This document shows positions 1 through 11,356 of a stretch of 64,000 nucleotides of DNA, one piece after another. The DNA comes from Candidatus Binatia bacterium (GTDB lineage: Bacteria; Desulfobacterota; Binatia; UBA9968; JAJDTQ01). A program made the translations under genes and the position numbers. The stretch spans positions 224,001 to 288,000 of the forward strand of contig OY762897.2 of the NCBI GenBank assembly GCA_963666515.2, read 5' to 3'. Positions within the stretch are counted from its first letter, which is position 1, and the number at the start of each line of letters is the position of its first letter. The notes under the pieces are model-generated. The model had not been told where the DNA came from. It saw only the letters and a list, made by a program, of their open reading frames with translations, and made no database searches.

Positions 1-2
1 TC

Positions 3-1274
3 CACGCCCTTGACGGCGATCTGCACGCCTACGTGAACCTCATGGAGGAGAGCGCCCTGGATGAGGCCCGGGCCGCGGAGCAGGATATCCGGGACGGCCG
101 CTACCGCGGGCCGCTGCACGGCATTCCGGTCGCCGTCAAGGACCAGTACGACGTCGAGGGCGCGCTCTCCATGGTGCGTATCCCGCAGCCCGCCGGACCG
201 GGGGAGGACTGCGAGGCGGTTCGCCGCCTGCGTGGGGCCGGGGCGGTGATGCTGGGCAAGCTCAACATGAGCGGGCTTCCCGGCGGCCTCAAGGGCGCCC
301 GCAACCCCTGGAACCTCGACCACGTGCCGGGGGGCTCCAGCACCGGCTCCGGCGCCGGCATCGCCGCCGGACTGTGCATGGGCTCCATGGGCGAGGACAC
401 CGCGGGATCCATTCGGAACCCCGCTTCCTACTGCGGCATATCCGGGTTGAAGCCCACCTACGGGCGGATCAGCCGCGCCGGACTCGCGCCGTTGGGCTGG
501 TCGCTGGACACTGCTGGGCCCATGACCCGGGTGGTGGAGGACCTCGCGCACATGCTCCAGGTGCTTGCCGGGTTCGATCCCAGGGACCCCACTTGCAGCC
601 AGGTAGATGTCTCCGACTACAGCGCGGACCTGAAGGCCGGCGTATCCGGCATGGTCATCGGCGTGCCGCGGGACTACTTCAGCCTCATCGACACCGATCC
701 CGAAGTGCTGGACCTGCTGGACCAGGCGCTGGGGGTGTTCGAGTCCCTGGGCGCCAAGGTCCGGGACGTGACGGTGCCGAGCATGGAGTACGCCACCATC
801 GCCAACGGCCTTCTCTACTCCTGCGAGTTCTACAACATCTGCCGGGCCGACATGGACGCGGCCATGGCCGGGGAAGCCTCGGAGTCCCGCCGGGCGCGCC
901 TGTTCATCGGCGCGGTGTCCACCAGCGGAGACTACATCCAGGCCCAGCGGATGCGGAGCCGCCTCAGGCGGGAGCTGAACGAGGTCTTTCGCGAGGTCCA
1001 CGCGCTGGCGCTTCCCACGAATCCCACGACCGCGCCGCTGGCCTCGGAGCTGGACGGCCTGGACGCGGTGAACAAGATGCTGCGCCCCGACTATCCCTCG
1101 CCGGCCAACCTCGCGGGCGTCCCGGCCCTGGCCATCCCGTCCGGCTTCAGTTCCAAGGGGCTGCCGGTGGGCATGCAGTTCTGGGGCAAGGCCTTTGCCG
1201 AGTCCACGCTGTTGCGGGTGGGCTATGCCTACCAGCAGCACGCCCGCTGGTTCGAGCGCCGGCCGCCGGTGTAG
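3..1274 (+). CDS. Amidase signature (GatA-like) family protein, 5'-truncated by the window edge
   Basis: Frame is open back to position 3. Motifs GPLHGIPVAVKD (catalytic Lys), GGSSTGS and GEDTAGSIRNPAS (Ser nucleophile). Confidence 0.9.
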   Translation, partial: HALDGDLHAYVNLMEESALDEARAAEQDIRDGRYRGPLHGIPVAVKDQYDVEGALSMVRIPQPAGPGEDCEAVRRLRGAGAVMLGKLNMSGLPGGLKGARNPWNLDHVPGGSSTGSGAGIAAGLCMGSMGEDTAGSIRNPASYCGISGLKPTYGRISRAGLAPLGWSLDTAGPMTRVVEDLAHMLQVLAGFDPRDPTCSQVDVSDYSADLKAGVSGMVIGVPRDYFSLIDTDPEVLDLLDQALGVFESLGAKVRDVTVPSMEYATIANGLLYSCEFYNICRADMDAAMAGEASESRRARLFIGAVSTSGDYIQAQRMRSRLRRELNEVFREVHALALPTNPTTAPLASELDGLDAVNKMLRPDYPSPANLAGVPALAIPSGFSSKGLPVGMQFWGKAFAESTLLRVGYAYQQHARWFERRPPV

Positions 1275-1305
1275 GGACGGGGTCGCAAACGGCTGGAGTG
1301 CCGGT

Positions 1306-1331
1306 GTAGGGGTGGGTTTTCGAGCCCGCCC
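1306..1331 (+). repeat. REP-like GTAG palindrome, family A (GTAGGGGYGGGTTTTCGARCCCGCCC-like)
   Basis: GTAGGGGTGGGTTTTCGAGCCCGCCC. Related copies at 19152, about 7612, about 40330 and about 59916-59941 (minus). Confidence 0.65.
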
Positions 1332-1380
1332 GAGCCCGCCCACCGGCGGACCGGCGGCCGAAAGAGAAGGGGAATCCGCC

Positions 1381-2445
1381 ATGCTCACCATCGACGCCGA
1401 TGCCCACGTGCTGGAGAATCCGCATACCTGGGACTTCCTGGAGGAGTCGGAGGAGGGCTTCCGGCCCGAGGTCATCGTGTCGGAGCGGGGGTACACCAAG
1501 GCCGAGATGCGCGACAAGTGGGACCGGATGCCCAAGCGGGGGGCCGAGTACTGGTTCGTGGACGGCCGGCTGCAGCCCAAGAACCACAACGTCGGGCTGG
1601 ACACCACGCCGGAAACGCGGGAGATGCGCGACGTGGAGGCCCGGCTCCGGCACATGGACGAGCTGGAAGTAGACGTCCAGGTGCTCTACCCGACCCTGTT
1701 CCTGCGTCCCGTGACCATGAAGCCGGCGGTGGAGCTGGCACTCTGCAGGAGCTACAACCGCTGGCTGGCCGGGCTCTGCGAGGGCGCCAAGGGACGGTTG
1801 CGCTGGATCGCGCTGCTGCCGTTCCTGACCATGGAGAAGGCCCTTGCCGAGCTGTCCTGGGCCAGAGACGCCGGCGCCTGCGGCTTCATGATGCGCGGGC
1901 TCGAAGGCGAGAGGCAGCTTACCGACCCGTACTTCTTTCCTCTCTACGAGGAGGCCGCGAGGCTCGACATGCCGGCCTGTGTCCACTCGGGCATCGCGAG
2001 CTTCGCCTACCAGGACATGTTTCCGGCCACGGCCGGATTCCGCCGCTTCAAGCTGGCGGTGGTGGGGGACTTCCACTCTCTGATCATGGAGGGCATCCCG
2101 GCGAAGTTTCCGGGCCTCAAGTTCGGCTTCATCGAGGTGAGCGCCCAGTGGCTGCCGTACGTGATCCACGACCTCAAGCGGCTGTCCGAGCGGCAGGGGA
2201 TGGAGTTCCCGGAGGACATGCTGCGGGAGAACCGGGTGTGGGTGGCCTGCCAGACCGACGACGACCTCGCCACCATTCTCCGGTACGGCGGAGAGGACAA
2301 CCTCGTCATCGGCACGGACTACGGCCACGCGGACCGCTCCGCCGAGATCGAGGCCCTGCGCGTGCTCAGGAACAAGGGCGAGGTGGCGCCCCACGTCATC
2401 GACAAGATACTGGGGCAGAACGCCAAGAACCTGTACGGTCTTTAG
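1381..2445 (+). CDS. Amidohydrolase_2 family metal-dependent hydrolase/decarboxylase
   Basis: IDADAH (metal-binding), YNRWL, FFPLYEEAARLD, CVHSG, IGTDYGH. Purine-rich RBS before ATG 1381. Confidence 0.88.
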   Translation: MLTIDADAHVLENPHTWDFLEESEEGFRPEVIVSERGYTKAEMRDKWDRMPKRGAEYWFVDGRLQPKNHNVGLDTTPETREMRDVEARLRHMDELEVDVQVLYPTLFLRPVTMKPAVELALCRSYNRWLAGLCEGAKGRLRWIALLPFLTMEKALAELSWARDAGACGFMMRGLEGERQLTDPYFFPLYEEAARLDMPACVHSGIASFAYQDMFPATAGFRRFKLAVVGDFHSLIMEGIPAKFPGLKFGFIEVSAQWLPYVIHDLKRLSERQGMEFPEDMLRENRVWVACQTDDDLATILRYGGEDNLVIGTDYGHADRSAEIEALRVLRNKGEVAPHVIDKILGQNAKNLYGL

Positions 2446-2469
2446 ACGGCGTTACCGGAGGTACTCCAA

Positions 2470-3912
2470 ATGGTCGAGAAGGACCTGGCTACCCTGACCA
2501 TCAGCGAAGTCGCCCCGAAGATCCGCGACGGCGAGGTTTCGCCGGTGGAGTTGACGAAGCTCCACCTGGAGCGGATCGAAAGGCTCAATCCGCTGCTGAG
2601 CGCCTTTCTGACGCCCACTCCCGAGAGCGCCCTGGAAGAAGCGGCCGCAGCAGAGAAGGATATCCGCTCCGGCAACTACCGCGGGCCGCTTCACGGCATT
2701 CCCGTTTCCATCAAGGACAACCTCGCCACCCGCGGGGTGCGCACCACTGCTGGGGCCAAGGCGTTGTCGGACAATACGCCGGACTTCGACGCTACCGTGG
2801 TGACCCGGCTGCGGGAGGCCGGCGCCGTAAGCCTCGGCAAGACCAACATGCACGAGTGGGCCAAGGGCAGCCACGGCATCAACCCGTTCTACGGCACTCC
2901 CTGCAACCCCTGGGACCGCAACCGGATTCCGGGCGGCTCCAGCAGCGGCTCCGCGGTGGCGGTGGCCGCCGGCATGTGCATGGCCACCGTCGGCACCGAC
3001 GCCGCGGGCTCGGTCCGGAATCCCGCCTCGCTGTGCGGCATCGTCGGCCTCAAGCCCACCTACGGACGCATCAGCGTGTACGGCGGCGTGCCGGGGACCG
3101 GCGGCTACTCCACCAACCACTTCGGCCCGTTGACCCGCTCGGTGGCCGACTGCGCGGCGATGATGCAGGTCATCGCCGGACACGATCCCCAGGACCCGCT
3201 CAGCTCGCGCGAGCCGGTGCCGGACTACGCCGCCGCGCTGGGCTTGCCCGTGGAGGGAATGCGCGCGGGCATCGTCAAGGGATATTTCGAGAGGTTCGCT
3301 TCGAAGGAGGTCATGCAGGCCTTCTCCGGCGCCCTCGACCTTCTCCGTTCCCTGGGCATGACGGTGGAGGAGGTCACGGTTCCCCACATGGACCTGGTCC
3401 CCGCGGTGCAACTCTGCGCCAGCCGGGTCGAGAGCACCGCCGATGCCGAATACTACCTGCGGAACCACGCCCGGGACTACAGCCCGAGCATGTTGTCCAC
3501 GCAGATCCAGGCGCTGACGGTATCGGGAGGGATGTACAACCAGTCCCAGCGCATCCGCCGGCTCATCTGCGACGGTTTCGACAAGGCGCTGGAGCGGGTG
3601 GACGTCATCGTGTCGCCTACCGCGCCGGTGCCGGCGATAACCATCGACGAGTCCATGAGCAGCTACGTCACCGTGGACGGCCGCAAGCAGCCGCTCCAGG
3701 TTCGCGACGGGAATTACCTGACACTGTGCACCATCCCCCACAACGTCAGCGGGCTGCCGTCGCTGAGCATCAACTGCGGTTTCTCGGCGAACAGCGTGCC
3801 CATTGGAATGCAGATCGCGGGAGGCGCTTTTCGGGAGGATACCGTGCTCACGGTGGCCCATGCCTATGAACAGGCGTCGCCGTGGACGGGAAAGGCACCC
3901 GAGCTGCCGTAG
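2470..3912 (+). CDS. Amidase signature (GatA-like) family protein
   Basis: GPLHGIPVSIKDN, GKTNMHEW, GGSSSGS, GTDAAGSVRNPAS. GGAGG RBS. Confidence 0.92.
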   Translation: MVEKDLATLTISEVAPKIRDGEVSPVELTKLHLERIERLNPLLSAFLTPTPESALEEAAAAEKDIRSGNYRGPLHGIPVSIKDNLATRGVRTTAGAKALSDNTPDFDATVVTRLREAGAVSLGKTNMHEWAKGSHGINPFYGTPCNPWDRNRIPGGSSSGSAVAVAAGMCMATVGTDAAGSVRNPASLCGIVGLKPTYGRISVYGGVPGTGGYSTNHFGPLTRSVADCAAMMQVIAGHDPQDPLSSREPVPDYAAALGLPVEGMRAGIVKGYFERFASKEVMQAFSGALDLLRSLGMTVEEVTVPHMDLVPAVQLCASRVESTADAEYYLRNHARDYSPSMLSTQIQALTVSGGMYNQSQRIRRLICDGFDKALERVDVIVSPTAPVPAITIDESMSSYVTVDGRKQPLQVRDGNYLTLCTIPHNVSGLPSLSINCGFSANSVPIGMQIAGGAFREDTVLTVAHAYEQASPWTGKAPELP

Positions 3913-3942
3913 CGGCCCGCGCCTGCACGAAAGGAGACGGAC

Positions 3943-5028
3943 ATGAACGGCTTCATCGACGCGGATACCCACATCGTCGAATCGGCGGACATCTGGGAGT
4001 ACATGGACAAGGACATGTACGACCGCCGGCCGATCCTGTTGCAGGCGCCCACCGACACGGAGTACGCGAGTTCCAACGCCTTCTGGCTCATCGACGGGCA
4101 GATCTATCCCAAGTCCGTGGGCAAGGGCAGCGCCCGGCTCAGCACCCCGGCGGAGCAGGAGCGGCAGTGGACCCGCCAGGACATCGACCTGGCGGTGCGG
4201 CAACTGACCGATCCGCGCGCCCGGGTGGAGGCTCTGGACAAACGTGGCGCCGACGCCGAGGTGATCTACTCGACTCTCTGGGGCGTCCGTCTCACCGAGG
4301 ACGTGGACCTGGACGTGGCGCTGTGCCGCGCCTACAACCGCTGGATGGGCGATGTGTGGGCGCAGGGAGACAACCGCCTGCGCTGGACCGCGGTGTTCCC
4401 GCTGACCTCCATCGAGGAGTCCATCAGGCAGTTGCACTACGCCAAGGAGCACGGCGCCGTGGGCGTCAACATGCGCGGCATCGAGGGCGACCGCTCACTG
4501 GCCGAGCCCTACTTCTTCCCGCTCTACGAGGAGGCGGCCCGCCTGGACTTCCCCATCTGCATCCACATCGGCGCCGGCTCGCCGGCCATCTCCAGCGTGT
4601 TCGACGTGCGGGTCAGCCACACGCTGCCGCACCTGCGCATGCTGCCGCTGATCGCCTTCCGGGACCTCGTGGCCAACCGGATCCCGCAGCAGTTTCCCGG
4701 CCTGCGGTTCGGCTACGTCGAGGCCAGCGCCTCCTGGGTGCCGTACCTCCTGCACCAACTCCGGCGCACCAAGGCGAGCGGCTCCCCGCTGGGACCCGAG
4801 CTGTTCGAGGAGTGCCGCATGTGGGTGGTATGTGAGGTGGACGAAGACCTGCCCATGCTGCTCAACTACATCCACGAGGACCACATCATGATCGGCTCGG
4901 ACTACGGCCACCTCGACCAGTCCTTCGAGGACAACGTGGCCGCCAAGCTCCGCGCCCGCGACGACATCCCGGCGCGTGTGGTGGAGAAGATCCTCTACGA
5001 CAACCCGAAGGCCTTCTACGCGATGTAG
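3943..5028 (+). CDS. Amidohydrolase_2 family protein (paralog of 1381-2445)
   Basis: IDADTH, YNRWM, YFFPLYEEAARLD, IGSDYGH. AGGAG RBS. Confidence 0.88.
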   Translation: MNGFIDADTHIVESADIWEYMDKDMYDRRPILLQAPTDTEYASSNAFWLIDGQIYPKSVGKGSARLSTPAEQERQWTRQDIDLAVRQLTDPRARVEALDKRGADAEVIYSTLWGVRLTEDVDLDVALCRAYNRWMGDVWAQGDNRLRWTAVFPLTSIEESIRQLHYAKEHGAVGVNMRGIEGDRSLAEPYFFPLYEEAARLDFPICIHIGAGSPAISSVFDVRVSHTLPHLRMLPLIAFRDLVANRIPQQFPGLRFGYVEASASWVPYLLHQLRRTKASGSPLGPELFEECRMWVVCEVDEDLPMLLNYIHEDHIMIGSDYGHLDQSFEDNVAAKLRARDDIPARVVEKILYDNPKAFYAM

Positions 5029-5089
5029 TGGGCCGGTCGCGCCGGCCGGTCGAGAGCCGACGGGGGCCTGCCCGAAGGAACCGTGGTCG

Positions 5090-5112
5090 GGGCGACCGGC
5101 CGGTCCCCCTAC
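5090..5112 (-). repeat. REP-like GTAG palindrome, family B variant, overlapping a TAG stop
   Basis: Minus strand reads GTAGGGGGACCGGCCGGTCGCCC, similar to the copies at 34408, 34482 and 42199. Confidence 0.6.
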
Positions 5113-6074
5113 GTGTCCAGCATCGTGGGATGGAACATGTCCTCGGGCCGGAACCGGTCCCGGGTGAGGCCCTGGCGCTGGGCGTACTCCAGCATCTTGT
5201 CGACTTCCGCCCGGGTGTCCCGGAACCCCCAGCGATAGGGGTCCTCGCCCGCGGCGGCGCGCTCCTCTTCCCACAGGGCACGGTACCAGAGGCCCGTCTG
5301 GTGCACGCGCTGCCATTCGAGCCACAGGTAGCAGCGCCGCTTGGATTCCTGCCAGGCGTCGAACAGGCTGCGGGCTACCCAGGGGTGGCGCTCCAGCACC
5401 GAGTCCCGGATCAGCAGCGTGTGCTGGATGGGGAAGAAGCCGGTCCGGCGGTAGTATTCGCGTTCGCGTTGGGGAAAGTCAGGGAACAGGAAATCCACGC
5501 GGGGGCGGTCGTCCGGGGCCAGGGTAGCGGTGGTGATCATGGCGTCGATTTCGCCGGCCAGCAGCATCTCCCGCAACCTGCCGTATCCGTCCACCACCTC
5601 CAGCTTGAGCCAGTCCGGCGCCGCCCACTCGTGGGGGTTCTCCGGCGGCCGTCCCGCCACCCAGTGGATGGACTTCAGGTCCACGCCGTGCTCCTCCGCC
5701 AGGATGCCCCGCGCCCATAATGCGGTGGTGGTGAACCAGCTCTGGATGCCTACCCGCTTGCCGTTGAGATCGGCGGGCTCCGTGACGCCGGCGCTCGTGT
5801 TGACGTAGATGTAGGAGTGCCGGAACATCCGTTTGACGAATATGGGGATGGCGGTGAAGCCCAGGGTCCTGAAGGGCAGGTCCACGATGTAGCGCCCGGT
5901 GAAGAACTCGGCCACGTCGAAACGGCCCCCGTGGCCGCCGAAGTGGCGGCTCACGTCGTCGGCGTCCACATGCACTCGGAGGTCGATGCCCTCCGGCTTG
6001 ACTGTCCCGTCGATGAGCGCCCGGGCGCGGTCGTAGGGAGCGCAGATCATGCTCAGTTCGATGGACATGTTCAT
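5109..6074 (-). CDS. 4,5-dihydroxyphthalate decarboxylase-like protein (periplasmic-binding-protein type 2 fold, no signal peptide)
   Basis: YDRARALIDGTVKPEGIDL, FDVAEF, RMFRHSYIYVN, DLNGKRVG, YYRRTGFFPIQH. Confidence 0.75.
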   Translation of the reverse strand: MNMSIELSMICAPYDRARALIDGTVKPEGIDLRVHVDADDVSRHFGGHGGRFDVAEFFTGRYIVDLPFRTLGFTAIPIFVKRMFRHSYIYVNTSAGVTEPADLNGKRVGIQSWFTTTALWARGILAEEHGVDLKSIHWVAGRPPENPHEWAAPDWLKLEVVDGYGRLREMLLAGEIDAMITTATLAPDDRPRVDFLFPDFPQREREYYRRTGFFPIQHTLLIRDSVLERHPWVARSLFDAWQESKRRCYLWLEWQRVHQTGLWYRALWEEERAAAGEDPYRWGFRDTRAEVDKMLEYAQRQGLTRDRFRPEDMFHPTMLDT

Positions 6075-6208
6075 GCGACACCTTGAGGTCGGGCTGCGCC
6101 GCCGGTTGATTCCACCGGAGCGTTGCTCCACAATTTCCCGACGTGTGCACGCCTCCGGCGACAACGGATCGGGGATTCGCGCGGCGCGCGGAAACGGAGG
6201 ATTCGAGT

Positions 6209-6586
6209 ATGGGGGACGATACTCTGAGGATCAAGGCCACCGGCGTCGACCACGTGGTGGTGCACGTGGAGGACGTGTCGCGGGCCAGGCAGTTCTATGT
6301 GGACCTCCTCGGCATGGAGGTGGCCCACGAACACGACGGCCGGGTCTTCCTCCGATGCGGACAGCAGCAAGTGGGGCTGTTCGAAGGCCGGCAGCCGGCC
6401 ACCGGATCCGCCGGGCGTGATCTCAACCATATCGCGCTTCAGGTGGAGTCGGGCAGCTACGAGGAGGTGAAGGCCGCTCTCGAGGCGGCGGGGATCGCCG
6501 TGAGCGGACGTAAGGGAGATCCCCGCTGCATCTACTTTCGGGATCCGGACGGTCATCTGCTTCAGGTCCTTGCGCCGCGGACATGA
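6209..6586 (+). CDS. VOC/glyoxalase family protein
   Basis: DHVVVHVEDVSRARQFY..LLG, NHIALQV, IYFRDPDGHLL. GGAGG RBS. Confidence 0.88.
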   Translation: MGDDTLRIKATGVDHVVVHVEDVSRARQFYVDLLGMEVAHEHDGRVFLRCGQQQVGLFEGRQPATGSAGRDLNHIALQVESGSYEEVKAALEAAGIAVSGRKGDPRCIYFRDPDGHLLQVLAPRT

Positions 6587-6616
6587 TCCGCCGGTGCCGG
6601 CAGGAAGAGAGCATAT

Positions 6617-7615
6617 GTGATGCGATACAGGATGCTCGGCAGGACAGGACTCCGGGTCTCCGAAATCGGCTTCGGCTGCGGCAACGTCGGCGGCCTGATG
6701 ACCCGGGACGGCCATGACGAGCAACTCGGCGCAGTGCGGCACGCCCTCTCCCTCGGCATCAACTATTTCGACACGGCCAGGGCCTACGGCGAGGGCAGGT
6801 CCGAGACCAACCTCGGCCGCGTGCTGGACGAGGTCGGCGCGGAGGTGGTCCTGTCCACCAAGGTCCGCCTCGAAGCCGATGCGCTCCCGGACATCGGCGC
6901 GGCCGCCGTCTCCCACGCGGAGCAGGGGCTCGCGCGTCTGGGACGCGAGTCGGTGGACCTGATGCAACTCCACACCCGGCTGGTCGACCGGCGGGAGTCC
7001 GGGCGCTTCGGCATGACGTCGCACGAGGTGCTGGGCCCCGGGGGCGTCATCGAGGGGTTCAAACGGCTGCGCGACCAGGGCCGTGTGAAGTTCTTCGGGT
7101 TTACCGGACTGGGAGACGTGGAGGCCATCGAGGCGCTGGTGGACAGCGGCGAGTTCGATTCCTTCCAGGCCTACTACAACCTGCTGAACCCCAGCGCCGG
7201 GCAGGCCGTGCCCGCGGGCTTCAGCGCCCTGGACTACGGGCGTGTCATCGACCGGGCCGCCGCCTGCGGCATGGGAGTGGTGGTGATCCGGGTGCTGGCC
7301 GCCGGCGTGCTCAGCCAGACGCCGAAATCGGGCGGCGGCACCAGCCGCGAGCCGCTTTCCGCGGGCTCCGACTACGAGCGCGACGTCGCCCGCGCGCACA
7401 AGCTGGGCTTCCTGAAGGACCACGGGCTCGAATCCCTGCCCCGGGCGGCCATCCGCTTCGCCTTGATGAAGCCCGAGGTGAGCACGGTGCTGGTGGGGTT
7501 CTCCAACAACGCCCAGATCGACGAGGCCACCGCCTGCTCCGGCGCCGGCCCCCTGCCGGATGCGGCCATGGCCGCGCTGCGAGACATCTGGGACAGGGAC
7601 TTCGGCGGCTCGTAG
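6617..7615 (+). CDS. Aldo/keto reductase
   Basis: YRMLGRTGLRVSEIGFGC, GINYFDTARAYG, STK, DLMQLH (D/Y/K/H catalytic tetrad). Confidence 0.92.
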   Translation: MMRYRMLGRTGLRVSEIGFGCGNVGGLMTRDGHDEQLGAVRHALSLGINYFDTARAYGEGRSETNLGRVLDEVGAEVVLSTKVRLEADALPDIGAAAVSHAEQGLARLGRESVDLMQLHTRLVDRRESGRFGMTSHEVLGPGGVIEGFKRLRDQGRVKFFGFTGLGDVEAIEALVDSGEFDSFQAYYNLLNPSAGQAVPAGFSALDYGRVIDRAAACGMGVVVIRVLAAGVLSQTPKSGGGTSREPLSAGSDYERDVARAHKLGFLKDHGLESLPRAAIRFALMKPEVSTVLVGFSNNAQIDEATACSGAGPLPDAAMAALRDIWDRDFGGS

Positions 7616-7657
7616 CGCGGTTTGCGGGTTCAAACCCGCCCGCGCATGACTGCCCGC

Positions 7658-7978
7658 TCAGCGGCCCTGGGCGATTTGCTGCACGTGTTCCCGCACCACC
7701 TCTTTGGGGCACAGCGCGATGAATCCTTTGGCTCCCAGGAACAGCAGCAGCAGATCATCCATGTGCCCCAGGGCCGGCAACAGGTCGGGCACGAAATCCG
7801 CGGGAAGGACTAAGTAGGCGAACACGCTCAGCGCCAGCGCCTTGGCCTTGAAGCCGACCCGCGGGTCCTTGAACAGGCGCCAGAACAGCCGGCCGAAGCT
7901 GGGCAGGTGCTGCACCAGCCCCAGCAGCCGTCGGGGCCCCAGGCGCAACAGGTAGATGAGGGAACCGAACCGGATCAT
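7658..7978 (-). CDS. YkvA/DUF1232 family small membrane protein
   Basis: DPRV..KAK....FAYLVLPADFVPDLLPALGHMDD. ATGA overlap with the upstream gene. Confidence 0.8.
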   Translation of the reverse strand: MIRFGSLIYLLRLGPRRLLGLVQHLPSFGRLFWRLFKDPRVGFKAKALALSVFAYLVLPADFVPDLLPALGHMDDLLLLFLGAKGFIALCPKEVVREHVQQIAQGR

Positions 7979-8943
7979 GGGGTTTCGGAACGACCTGCGG
8001 TGTTTCCCGCCGCCGGCCCGCGCCGGAAGAGGGTGCCGCGGTCGCCTGCCAGCAGTGCGGTCCCGTCTTTCATGGCCACCGCGGTAAGCCTGTCCGGCGT
8101 GCCCAGCCGGGATCGTTGCCACCGCGCGCCGTTCCAGCCCAAAACAGCCCCGGCCTCTCCCACGGCCCAGCACTCGGCGCGGGAGGCGCAGGCCACGGCT
8201 CTCAGGCGGAAAAGAGACGCCGGCACGTCAACCTGCTTCCAGGCGGCCCCGTCATACCTGAACAGGGCGCCGTGGTCGCCCACGGCCCAGCCCCAGTCGT
8301 CGCCGATGAGGGCCAGGTCGTACATGCGCGGCACGTCTTTCATGTCGGCTTTCTTCCATGCCTTGCCGTCCCAGCGGGCGAAGAAGCCGTCTCCCACCAT
8401 CCAGCCGGAGTCCCGGGACGAGAACTGTATGGCGTGGATGCGCTCGTCGTCCACCGGGCTCCTCGCGTTGCGCCATTTCCTGCCGTCCCACTCGATGAGC
8501 CGTCCGTCACGGGTGCCGGCGAAGCAGCGGTCTGGCGCCGCGCAGCCGGCGCCCCACAACCGTCCCTGCGACGGCTTGTGCAGGGCCAGCGGATTGTCCA
8601 CACGGGTCCAGTCCTTGCCGTCGTAGTGCAGCGACAGGGCGTCGTCGCCGAACACCCAGACGTCGTCGTCTGCGTTCACCACGAACTTCCTCGGGCTCAC
8701 TTTGGCCGGGTGGTCCACGGGCGAGAGCCGCTCGCCGTCCCAGCGGAGCAGGCGCCCGTCACCGGTACCCAGCCAAGCCTTGTTGCGGTCGAGGAGGGCG
8801 ATGGCGTTGATGCCCGGGGGCTGTTTTTTCTTGGCGGCGGGAGCGTTCCAGGGAACTTCTTCCCAAGCGGCGCCCCATGCGACGGTGGTGAGACACGCGG
8901 CGAGCAGCAGCGCGGCGCCGTATGTCGATGGGGTCTTTGGCAT
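7975..8943 (-). CDS. Exported beta-propeller repeat protein (YCF48/BNR-like)
   Basis: Signal peptide with possible lipobox LAAC. About six ~40-aa repeats ending [WY][DN]GxxW. Confidence 0.7.
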   Translation of the reverse strand: MPKTPSTYGAALLLAACLTTVAWGAAWEEVPWNAPAAKKKQPPGINAIALLDRNKAWLGTGDGRLLRWDGERLSPVDHPAKVSPRKFVVNADDDVWVFGDDALSLHYDGKDWTRVDNPLALHKPSQGRLWGAGCAAPDRCFAGTRDGRLIEWDGRKWRNARSPVDDERIHAIQFSSRDSGWMVGDGFFARWDGKAWKKADMKDVPRMYDLALIGDDWGWAVGDHGALFRYDGAAWKQVDVPASLFRLRAVACASRAECWAVGEAGAVLGWNGARWQRSRLGTPDRLTAVAMKDGTALLAGDRGTLFRRGPAAGNTAGRSETP

Positions 8944-8947
8944 GCCT

Positions 8948-9598
8948 TCAGCCGGAGCCGGCGCCCCAGATCTCGACGAGGTCCCGTGAGTCCACCACAT
9001 CCGCGAAACGCTCCATGCGCTTCAGCGCTTCGTGGTGTGCGCCCTCCCGGTTGGTGCCCACGCAGTCCCGGACCACCACCATGGAGTAGCCCCGGTAGTA
9101 GCCGTCCCGGACGCTGCCCTCGACGCCCGCGTCCGTGCGGCAACCGACGACCACCACGGTGTCCCGGTTCCAGTTGCCCAGCAACTGCTCGAACTCGGTT
9201 CCGAGGAAGATGGTGGGACGGTGCTTCTCGATGAGGACGTCGTCGTCCGCGGGCTGGAAGGGCTCGATGAGCTGCCAGCCGAAGCTGCCGCGGGTGCGGC
9301 GCGGACCGAGCCGGCTCGGATGGTCCACGCCCTGGTCTTTCATGGCGCGCCGGATCATGGCCGGCGCCTCGTCGCGCCAGGGATAGGGGGTGGCGAATGC
9401 GTAGACCACCCGCACCCCGGCGCCCTTGGCCGCGGCGATGAGGGGCGGCGTCGCGCGCAGGAACTCGTCCTTGTTGAACGAGCTGCCGGCCTGGTCGTTC
9501 TGCATGTCCCACACCAACAGCACCGTCCTCCGGGGATCGGCGACCTCGGCGAGGGTCATGGGGATGTTTCTGCCTTCGAACTCGATCATGGGCTTCAT
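8948..9598 (-). CDS. Isochorismatase/cysteine hydrolase family protein
   Basis: [44 protein letters not shown]. Confidence 0.85.
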   Translation of the reverse strand: MKPMIEFEGRNIPMTLAEVADPRRTVLLVWDMQNDQAGSSFNKDEFLRATPPLIAAAKGAGVRVVYAFATPYPWRDEAPAMIRRAMKDQGVDHPSRLGPRRTRGSFGWQLIEPFQPADDDVLIEKHRPTIFLGTEFEQLLGNWNRDTVVVVGCRTDAGVEGSVRDGYYRGYSMVVVRDCVGTNREGAHHEALKRMERFADVVDSRDLVEIWGAGSG

Positions 9599-9618
9599 GG
9601 ACGGCGGGATCGTCGCAG

Positions 9619-9696
9619 AGGATAACCACGGGCGGAATCGGTGTCAACAACGCTCCACGGGCCGTTTTTGACAACTCTCGGGGTTCGCGCTACTTG
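9619..9696. promoter_or_regulatory. Back-to-back sigma70 promoters (hydrolase operon and zwf)
   Basis: Minus strand TTGACA(9647-9642)-17-TATCCT. Plus strand TTGACA(9668-9673)-17-TACTTG. Confidence 0.55.
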
Positions 9697-9729
9697 TACG
9701 TTTCGACTTATCCGTCTTGGGGGAGGGCG

Positions 9730-11340
<1,611 letters not shown>

Positions 11341-11356
11341 TCGGCGGTTTTCGGCA

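Noticed and set aside
2470-3912. Calling the amidases gatA
   Set aside because: No gatB or gatC nearby, and the context is catabolic.
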